Part shown: positions 54,514-61,980 of the stretch, one piece after another
How the letters are laid out: the number at the start of each line of letters is the position of its first letter
How positions within the stretch are numbered: position 1 is the first letter of the stretch
From: Sulfolobales archaeon
GTDB taxonomy: Archaea; Thermoproteota; Thermoprotei_A; Sulfolobales; AG1
Direction of reading: 5' to 3'
Assembly (NCBI GenBank): GCA_038867615.1
Contig: JAWBYA010000002.1
Location: 1 to 64,000 of the forward strand
DNA: 64,000 nucleotides
Program-made: the position numbers and the translations under genes
The notes under the pieces: model-generated
Databases searched by the model: none
Told to the model about the DNA's origin: nothing
What the model saw: the letters and a program-made list of their open reading frames with translations, nothing else

Positions 54514-54668
54514 CTTCTATTCGATACAAGCTGATAAAAGCATGACTAGAAACGTATTGAGATATAGACACACAGATGGAGAACGATGTTAACCAAACAT
54601 CTTCATCTCAGAGAAGTAATGGAGATGGATCTAAACAGCCATCGAGTAAAGATCTTTTAGTACTACTG

Positions 54669-55001
54669 CTAACCCTGTTTAAGCTCGAGTCTATGTATAT
54701 TCCAGCATAGGAGGCACGTAACGATCCTGAGCTTTCTAGAACCCTTCCTCCTAAGCCTAACCATAGCTGTTAACCCTGGTATAAGGGGGGCTCTACACTT
54801 CTTACAAAACCCCCTCTTAATCTCCTTTGGAAGCCTTACCGAGTTCCTCATAGAGAGCCTAAAGATCATGCTGCTAGCTACAAGGGCTAGCTCTACATCA
54901 CCTCTCCTTATAGCCTCGTGGGAGAGGTCTCTGAGGATGTGGATCCTCTGGATCACGAGATCCCTAAGGATCCTCTTACTCCTTGTAAAGCCCAAGCACA
55001 A
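54669..55001 (-). CDS. rnp4: RNase P protein component 4 (Rpp21)
   Basis: QRIHIL...RLPKEIKRGFCKKC..PLIPG...VRL...TCLLC...R. Confidence 0.9.
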   Translation of the reverse strand: MCLGFTRSKRILRDLVIQRIHILRDLSHEAIRRGDVELALVASSMIFRLSMRNSVRLPKEIKRGFCKKCRAPLIPGLTAMVRLRRKGSRKLRIVTCLLCWNIHRLELKQG

Positions 55002-55068
55002 CCCCTATTTAGATAAAATATAAGGTGAATATTCTATATATCTCGGAAACCGTTGGAGGTGGCACCAA

Positions 55069-56547
55069 TTTTCAGAAGCAGAGAGGATCCTGAGCAAGAG
55101 TGAGATCGAGGTTTTAAGAGCCATAGCCAGGATTAGGAGAGGCTCGATAGACGATGTTGAAAGAGCAAGCGGGATCCCGAGGAGCACTATAGCATCTATA
55201 GCAGAATCCCTAGCCCTGAAGAATCTCGTGAAGATCGAGAGGAGGGCGAGACAGATCTATAGAACAACCGAGGAGGGGCTTAAGAACCTGAACTCATTTC
55301 CAGAAGAGGAGCTTCTCGAACTCCTAAAGAGAATGGGCGGGGCAGCATCTATAAAGGAGATAGAGGATCTGTTTGGAAAAGAAAGAGCCTCGATCGCAAT
55401 AGCATGGGCTAGGAGGAGAGGGTGGGTAAGGATCGATAGCGGGAGGATCATATCCACAGGGGGGTATTCTATGGAGAGATATAGAAAAGCCCTCGAAAAA
55501 GCCGTGAAAGGCGCCACTGCCGAGGATCTCGGGCTATCGTCGGAAGAGCTTGCCGAGCTGGTTAGGAGGAGAATGCTTGTTAAGGAAGAAGCCGCCGAGG
55601 TTATCATCGAGATCTTAGAGAACGGGCTGAAAACACTAGAAGATCTGGGAGATCTTGTTATTGTGTCAAAACTAACGAGGGATATAGTGATCCAGAAGCC
55701 CAGGGGCATCTATATCAAGCCCTATAATGTAGAGGCAGAGCCTGCAAGGATCTATCCAGCCTATAGGCACTTTTACGTCGATTTCCTCGAAATGCTGAGA
55801 GAGATCATGCTATCCCTAGGCTTTGACGAGATTAGCGATGACCTTGTGGTTCCAGAGCTATGGAACTTCGACGTACTCTTCCAAGCCCAGGATCACCCCG
55901 CAAGAGAGATCCACGATACGCTTGTGGTGGAGGGAGGAGAGGCGGATCTGGGGATCTATGGTGATCTTTTGGAGAGGGTCTCTAGAGAGCATTCAAGGGG
56001 GTGGGGCTATGAGTACAATAGATCCATCGCCTCTAGGCTTGTCATGAGGAGCCAGACGACAGCTGCAACTATAAGGTATCTACACTACCATAGAGAACCC
56101 CCCGTGAGGGCCTTCATAATAGGTAGGGTGTTTAGGTTCGACAGGATCGATGCGAAACACTTGCCAGAGTTCCACCAGCTTGACGGGATTGCTATGGAGC
56201 ATGATATGAGTCTGAGGAAGCTTTTAGGAATACTTACACAGGTCACGAAAGCCCTGGGCTTCAGAGAGGTTATATTCAAACCCGGCTATTTCCCATTCAC
56301 AGAGCCCAGCGTCGAGGGGTATGTGAGAATAGGTGATCTAGGCTATGTAGAGATCTTCGGCTCAGGATTATTCAGACCAGAGGTTCTCAGAATGGCTGGT
56401 GTCAAGCATAACGTTGCTGCGTGGGGTATGGGGGTTGATAGGCTTGCAATGGCCTATCTAGCTATAAACGATATAAGGGAACTCTATACCCCGGAGATCG
56501 ATAGGCTGAGGTGGCATAGGATTGCCAGTTATAAGACTATCCATTAA
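55069..56547 (+). CDS. pheS: Phenylalanine--tRNA ligase alpha subunit (true start unclear; no canonical codon before 55228)
   Basis: WNFDVLFQAQDHPARE, RSQTT, GRVFR, HLPEFHQ, YFPFTEPS, WGMGVDRL; the upstream in-frame sequence LSKSEIEVLRAI looks like the usual N-terminal winged helix. Confidence 0.93.
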   Translation, partial: FSEAERILSKSEIEVLRAIARIRRGSIDDVERASGIPRSTIASIAESLALKNLVKIERRARQIYRTTEEGLKNLNSFPEEELLELLKRMGGAASIKEIEDLFGKERASIAIAWARRRGWVRIDSGRIISTGGYSMERYRKALEKAVKGATAEDLGLSSEELAELVRRRMLVKEEAAEVIIEILENGLKTLEDLGDLVIVSKLTRDIVIQKPRGIYIKPYNVEAEPARIYPAYRHFYVDFLEMLREIMLSLGFDEISDDLVVPELWNFDVLFQAQDHPAREIHDTLVVEGGEADLGIYGDLLERVSREHSRGWGYEYNRSIASRLVMRSQTTAATIRYLHYHREPPVRAFIIGRVFRFDRIDAKHLPEFHQLDGIAMEHDMSLRKLLGILTQVTKALGFREVIFKPGYFPFTEPSVEGYVRIGDLGYVEIFGSGLFRPEVLRMAGVKHNVAAWGMGVDRLAMAYLAINDIRELYTPEIDRLRWHRIASYKTIH

Positions 56548-58174
56548 CAGACTCATAAAAGCCATAGGGAAAGAGGTCTCTCTAAAGGAGCTTGAGAGAC
56601 TACTCATGAGGCTTAAAGCGGAGGTTGAAGAGGTTGGCGATAACCATATCTCGATCGAGATAAATAGCGACCGCCTCGACATGATGATCTCGGAGGGTGT
56701 TGCTAGAGCCCTGAAAGGACTGCTTGAAATCGAGGTCGGGATGCCTCGATATAGTTATAGAGATAGTGGTTACAAGCTAGAGGTTCTCGACGTACCATCA
56801 AGGCCATATATAGCAATGGCTATTGTTAGGGGTATTGAGAGCTCTGAGAACTATATCGAGGAGCTCATACAGTTCCAGGAGAAGCTCCACACAACGATTG
56901 GTAGGATGAGGAGAAAGGTTGCCATAGGGATCCACGATCTCTCGAAGGTACCCTCGAGAGAATGCGTATATAGAGAGCTCGAGCCGAGTGAGAGGCTCAT
57001 ACCCCTCGGGTACTCGAGATCCATGAGTGTTGCGGAAACCCTTAGCTCGACGGAGCAGGGAAGGCTCTATGGATCTATATCCCTAAGGGGTGGGAGAACC
57101 CCGGGGATCGTGTGTGGGGAGACGATCATAAGCATGCCGCCTGTTATAAACTCCAACATTACACGGATCACAGAGCACACAGAGGATCTTTTGATAGACG
57201 TCACAGGAATCGATCTAGACGCTGTTATAAAGACCCTCGAGATCCTATCAACAACGCTTGCAGAAGGCTCCAGATCTAGGGTGATAGAGAGAGTACTAGT
57301 AAAAGCTCCATGGGGTGTTATCGAAACCCCTAGGGGTGATGCCAAGGTTATGGAGATAGGTACAGACTGGGCATCAAGGATCCTTGGTATAGAGGGCATG
57401 GATCCCGGCGAGATGGCTAGAAAGCTTCTCATGATGAGGATAGATGCGAGGGTTCTGGATAGGGTTGTCGAGGCGACTATCCCACCATATAGAGTAGATA
57501 TAATAGATCCTGTGGATCTTGTGGAGGAGATCGCTATGGCCATGGATCTCAACACCCTAGAACCAGAACCACTAGCAACCATACTGCCTGGGAAGCCTAG
57601 TAGGGAGAGTGTTGTTAGAAGAACAATCAGGGATATAATGATCGGTCTCGGCTTCACAGAGATCTATAGACACGTGCTCACATCAAGCAAAATACTCACA
57701 GATCTCGGCTATAATGGCTTCCTCAGGATAAAGAACCCAGTATCGAGCGAGATGGACGCGGCAAGACCATCGATAATCCCAAGCCTCCTCGAGACCCTTA
57801 GACGCTCGCAACACTCACCCAAGCCCATCAAGATCTTCGAGATCGGGGAGATCGTGACCAGGGATCCTTCAATATATACCGGGTGGAGGACGAGACTATC
57901 GCTAGCGGCAGCGATCCTCGACTATGAGGTTAGCTTCGAGGATATACAGGCACCGCTCTTCTCACTACTAAGATCCCTGGGGCTCGAGCCAAAGACAGTG
58001 CAGGCTAAAAATAGCGTGTTTATAGATGGGAGAACAGCCCTCGTGGTTGTTAATGACAAACAGTTAGGATATGTGGGAGAAGTAAGAATAGAGATCCTCA
58101 GCACCCTTGAGATAGACTTCCCAGTAGCCCTGTTCGAGATCGATATATCTAAGATCCTTGAGATCCTTGGATAA
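56522..58174 (+). CDS. pheT: Phenylalanine--tRNA ligase beta subunit
   Basis: MPVI, DRLD, QEKLH.TIGR.R.KVAIGIHD, SMPPVINS, PPYRVDI...DLVEE, KIFEIG. Confidence 0.96.
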   Translation: MPVIRLSINRLIKAIGKEVSLKELERLLMRLKAEVEEVGDNHISIEINSDRLDMMISEGVARALKGLLEIEVGMPRYSYRDSGYKLEVLDVPSRPYIAMAIVRGIESSENYIEELIQFQEKLHTTIGRMRRKVAIGIHDLSKVPSRECVYRELEPSERLIPLGYSRSMSVAETLSSTEQGRLYGSISLRGGRTPGIVCGETIISMPPVINSNITRITEHTEDLLIDVTGIDLDAVIKTLEILSTTLAEGSRSRVIERVLVKAPWGVIETPRGDAKVMEIGTDWASRILGIEGMDPGEMARKLLMMRIDARVLDRVVEATIPPYRVDIIDPVDLVEEIAMAMDLNTLEPEPLATILPGKPSRESVVRRTIRDIMIGLGFTEIYRHVLTSSKILTDLGYNGFLRIKNPVSSEMDAARPSIIPSLLETLRRSQHSPKPIKIFEIGEIVTRDPSIYTGWRTRLSLAAAILDYEVSFEDIQAPLFSLLRSLGLEPKTVQAKNSVFIDGRTALVVVNDKQLGYVGEVRIEILSTLEIDFPVALFEIDISKILEILG

Positions 58175-58246
58175 GCCGAGCCGAGTCCTTACTCTCAAAC
58201 AATAGTATGGATTCCAAGTGTGTTTAGATCCAGTCCGACTCCATGT

Positions 58247-58258
58247 GAAAGCTTATAA
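58247..58258 (+). promoter_or_regulatory. BRE/TATA promoter upstream of the tRNA half
   Basis: GAAAGCTTATAA, nearly the same as the tRNA-Ala promoter AAAAGCTTATAG, about 25 nt before the RNA. Confidence 0.7.
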
Positions 58259-58284
58259 GCGATAGTGGTTTATTAGAAATGGGC

Positions 58285-58341
58285 GCCGCGGTAGTATAGC
58301 CCGGCCCAGTATGCGGGCCAGGTAGGCCGCCGGGGCCGCGG
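58285..58341 (+). tRNA. 5' half of a tRNA-Asp/Glu-type gene (positions 1 to about 32) plus a 22-nt GC-rich tail; candidate split tRNA
   Basis: GCCGCGGTAGTATAGCCCGGCCCAGTATGCGGGCC matches crenarchaeal tRNA-Asp/Glu 5' ends; no anticodon or T-arm follows, only AGGTAGGCCGCCGGGGCCGCGG and TTTT. Confidence 0.7.
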
Positions 58342-58377
58342 TTTTCCACAATATTTTCTCTGATAGTATAGTAATGG

Positions 58378-58944
58378 ATGGAGACCATGTTGAATAGAGA
58401 AGAGGATGTCCTTCCGGGTACGTTGCTCGGGGTTATAGAGGAGTTCATTCCAGGGGCTAATGTTTATGAGATCGATGGTAAGATCTTCTCAAGCGTTATT
58501 GGGGTACCAAGGCTTGATATGATTAAGAGGGTTGCGTGGGTCGAGCCTAGATCGAGGGTACAGACCCCGACCCAGGGATCCATGGTGTATGCCTTCGTCA
58601 CCAGTGTTAGGGAGGAGACCGCGATGCTAAGGGTAATAGCACAGGATCTTAGAAACCCCTATAAGCATGGGTTCGGAGGCATTCTCCACATATCCCAGGC
58701 GAGGAGCAGCCCTGGTGAGAGGAATCTTCAGGAGATCATCAGGCTAGGAGATCTTGTCTATGCTAAGGTTCTTTCTAAGAGCAATCCCTATATATTATCG
58801 CTGAAAGCCCCAAAAGCTGGTGTGGTTCTCTCACTATGCCCCAAATGCGCCTCCTACCAGAGGCTTAAGGGAGGGAAGCTAGTATGCCCTAGATGTGGTT
58901 TTGAGGAGAGTAGAAGGGTTTCACAGCTCTATATATCACTCTAA
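58378..58944 (+). CDS. csl4: Exosome complex component Csl4
   Basis: VLPG..LG.IEEF.PG, S1 domain GILHISQ, GD.V.AKV, C-terminal Zn ribbon CPKC...CPRCG.EE.R.VS. Confidence 0.92.
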   Translation: METMLNREEDVLPGTLLGVIEEFIPGANVYEIDGKIFSSVIGVPRLDMIKRVAWVEPRSRVQTPTQGSMVYAFVTSVREETAMLRVIAQDLRNPYKHGFGGILHISQARSSPGERNLQEIIRLGDLVYAKVLSKSNPYILSLKAPKAGVVLSLCPKCASYQRLKGGKLVCPRCGFEESRRVSQLYISL

Positions 58945-58955
58945 CCGGGATCATC

Positions 58956-59795
58956 TTGACCAGGATCGGGTTTTCAGTATGGAAAGGGGATTCGGGAAGA
59001 ATAGGGTCTCTCGTAAAGAGCCTGATCGAGAGCGGTATGGATCATGCTGAGGTAAGCGTTGATACCCCCTTAGATATAGAGCTAGAGGATCTCAAACCCG
59101 TTTTAGAGAGCATAAGAGATGCTGGGATAAGCCTCGGGATCCACCTCCCCTGGAGAGAGCTTCCCATAGCCTCACCGATCGAGGAGGTAAGGTTAGCCTC
59201 AACAACTGTTATAATGAGGATCATTGATAGGCTATCGAGATACGAGCCAGCGTATTTCGTGCTACATGGGTCAAGCGAGCAGGCTCTGTGCTCAGAGCGG
59301 GAGGATCTATGTATAGGCTATCTAAAAAGATCCCTTGAGGAGTTGTTGAGAATAAGCGATCGGATCGCTTTAGAGACTATCCAGGGGAGCTGTTGCGGGA
59401 AGATAGGGCAGATAGTCAAAATCCTGGAAGATCTACCCCAGCTAAGGATATGCATAGACCTAGCCCACGTTGCCGCCGAGAACCTGGTAAGGGGTAAGGG
59501 TAGATGGCCTTCAACGGTCTCTGAAGCCTTATCAGAGGTGGTGGAGAGTATTTGGAGAAGATCCGTTGTGATCCACCTCCACGGATTAAAGAACAAGGAT
59601 AGAAGGCCAAGGACCCATTATGACTTCTCACAAACACCGCTAGGGGCAGAGGATATAGCTAGAGCAGTAAAGATCTGGGGGATAGGGTATGTGGTGTTCG
59701 AGGTCTTCTACAGATCCTCCGGAGGAAGCCCCGAGCCTGGGGATCTCTCTGACGAGGTTAGGAGGATAAGGAACTGGATTTCACTATTAGGTTAG
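58956..59795 (+). CDS. Sugar phosphate isomerase/AP endonuclease 2 TIM-barrel protein
   Basis: GIHLP, VLHG, IALET, CIDLAH, IHLHG, VFEV. Confidence 0.82.
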   Translation: MTRIGFSVWKGDSGRIGSLVKSLIESGMDHAEVSVDTPLDIELEDLKPVLESIRDAGISLGIHLPWRELPIASPIEEVRLASTTVIMRIIDRLSRYEPAYFVLHGSSEQALCSEREDLCIGYLKRSLEELLRISDRIALETIQGSCCGKIGQIVKILEDLPQLRICIDLAHVAAENLVRGKGRWPSTVSEALSEVVESIWRRSVVIHLHGLKNKDRRPRTHYDFSQTPLGAEDIARAVKIWGIGYVVFEVFYRSSGGSPEPGDLSDEVRRIRNWISLLG

Positions 59796-59884
59796 TATTA
59801 CAATGCTCCTCACCGCAACCTGTGTAGGGTTTCATGAAGCACTTATAAGTGTAAAAATATAGGCTTTCTACCAGCTTCCCAGAC

Positions 59885-60619
59885 CTATGGCGGTACTATC
59901 TTGCCTTTATCAACTCTATATTCTATAGGCTCTACACAGTGGGCCGATGCCCTCATTTTCTTTATATAGAAATACCTAGTAACTCTCTTCTTAGCTATAT
60001 CCATTTCTAGGTTTGTGACCACAACGCCGTCGAGCACGTTTTCAATAGTCTTTAACCATTCCGCTATATCCTCGGAATCCGTGTGAATGATAACTAGGGT
60101 TGTGACCCCGTATCCCTTTGAGGCTACAGCCCTTATTCTTTTTAGAAGCTCTGTTGCACTGCTTATCTCTATAGATGAGAGGATCTCATTATATGAGTCA
60201 ATGATCATTATACCCCCACCCCCTCTCTCGGACATATATGCCGACTCAAGCCTTACAGCTGATAGTATCTCCTCGGGTGTTAGCGATGATATGGATCTCG
60301 ATATAATATCCTGGGGAGGTTTTAGGGGAAGCATCCTGTGAGAGAAACCATCTATTATCCTGAATGCCCCACGCGATATAGAGGATCTCACAAGCTCTTC
60401 CCCAGCAACGCTTGATAGTGAGTTAACAACATGCTGGGGATCATCGTCCAAGGCTAGGTATGCGACGAAACCCCCTCTGCTAAGGTGATAGGACGCTGTG
60501 TTTCTAACAAGCAGGCTCTTCCCACCCCCAGAGGGGCCTACGATAGCGATCATGGATCTGGGGTTTATTCTCTCAACACACCAGTCAAGGATCTTAACCC
60601 CAAATACAAACCCAGGCAA
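59885..60619 (-). CDS. KaiC/RAD55-like RecA-superfamily ATPase
   Basis: GPSGGGKS, IIDG, IIDS, LDGVV, IKKMR; probable TTG start 60619 (ORF track 60757). Confidence 0.85.
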   Translation of the reverse strand: MPGFVFGVKILDWCVERINPRSMIAIVGPSGGGKSLLVRNTASYHLSRGGFVAYLALDDDPQHVVNSLSSVAGEELVRSSISRGAFRIIDGFSHRMLPLKPPQDIISRSISSLTPEEILSAVRLESAYMSERGGGGIMIIDSYNEILSSIEISSATELLKRIRAVASKGYGVTTLVIIHTDSEDIAEWLKTIENVLDGVVVTNLEMDIAKKRVTRYFYIKKMRASAHCVEPIEYRVDKGKIVPP

Positions 60620-60936
60620 GCTGATCCTAAACCACCAGTTATACTTACCAGGCATGGTTAAATCTACCCACATCGAGAGAGACCCTGCTGGATAGATGAA
60701 AGCCCCGCGCCCTTGGACTCGATCGCGACTTACGAATATACCGAAACATAGATCCATGTAGGCAGGGTTGAAGCCCTAGATATAGAAGGATATCACTGAT
60801 ATAACGAAACTTAAGGAACAAAGAACCGTTATACAGGGCTGGCTAGAGCTTATTATTAATAGCGTCATATGGGCATCTATTCTATTTGATTTGCTGCATA
60901 TTAGTCAGCATTTATGAAAAAACATGGGTGTATTGA

Positions 60937-61869
60937 ATGCCTGCATTCAATATACACAGATTATCCCACGCAGCTCTCAATGTATCAAACATAGAGCGTG
61001 CCAGGGAGTTCTACGTAGATATCCTGGGCTTTGTAGAGGTTGAGAAGAGCGGGGATGAGCTTTACCTCAAGGGTGTTGAGGAGGGACAGCATCACAGCCT
61101 TATTCTTAAGAAAGGAGAACCGACAGGGCTTGTCTATGTTGGTTTCAGGGTATCGTCGCCCGAGGATCTGGATCGGGTGCGAAGCTACTACGAATCCCGC
61201 GGCTGCAAGGTAACCAAGTATAAGGAGAAAGCCGTAGATGATGCTCTGCTCGTGATAGATATGTTCGGTGTACCTATGCTCTTTTACTACGACATGGAGT
61301 ATATAGGGGATCTGGGGCTTATGTTCCACATCTACAGAGGAGCCCCGCCTGTGAGGATACACCATGTCAATCTAGGGCTCAAGACACACGATCTAGAGGA
61401 GGGGCTTAGATACTATACCGAGGATCTTGGATTCATACTAGCCGAGTATTTCCTAGGCCCAGACGGGTCTAAACAGATCGCATGGCTAACAGGACGCTAT
61501 ATACATAGCTCCCACGAGGTTGCAATAGCTAAGGCTGGTGATGCAGCTTTCCACCATATAGCATACTACGTATTCGAGTTCAGGGATATGGTTAGAATAG
61601 CAGATATACTCGCTAGCCTGGGCATGTGGGACTCTATAGAGAGAGGGCCTGGGAGGCATGGTGCAACAAGAGGATTCCACCTATACCTAAGAGATCCTGA
61701 TGGGAATAGGGTAGAGCTCTACCAAGGGGATTACGTTATACTAGATCCTGATAAGTGGAAGCCTATTGAGTGGAGGTATGAGCAGGCTAGATATAGATCC
61801 GATTTCTGGGGAAGACCGACGCCCGAGAGGTGGAGAGAGGTAAAACAAGTGATCCCGCCAAGCCCATAA
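60937..61869 (+). CDS. hpaD: Extradiol ring-cleavage dioxygenase, HpaD-like (3,4-dihydroxyphenylacetate/catechol 2,3-dioxygenase)
   Basis: RLSHA.L.V, HHSL.L, IHHVN, FHHIAY, ERGPGRHG, YLRDPDGNRVELY, FWG. Confidence 0.82.
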   Translation: MPAFNIHRLSHAALNVSNIERAREFYVDILGFVEVEKSGDELYLKGVEEGQHHSLILKKGEPTGLVYVGFRVSSPEDLDRVRSYYESRGCKVTKYKEKAVDDALLVIDMFGVPMLFYYDMEYIGDLGLMFHIYRGAPPVRIHHVNLGLKTHDLEEGLRYYTEDLGFILAEYFLGPDGSKQIAWLTGRYIHSSHEVAIAKAGDAAFHHIAYYVFEFRDMVRIADILASLGMWDSIERGPGRHGATRGFHLYLRDPDGNRVELYQGDYVILDPDKWKPIEWRYEQARYRSDFWGRPTPERWREVKQVIPPSP

Positions 61870-61980
61870 ATATCTGACCCATAGATCTTTTTCTTTTATG
61901 GAGACTGTGTACAGCCGGCTAAGCGGTCTGCTTTTCAATTGTAGAGAGATATTTTTCCTTAGATATATAATTAGGGGATC

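Noticed and set aside
60660-60760. GC-rich patch upstream of the KaiC-like gene as the missing 3' tRNA half or an sRNA
   Set aside because: No TTCRAAT T-loop, no complement to the 58320..58341 tail and no proper C/D boxes.
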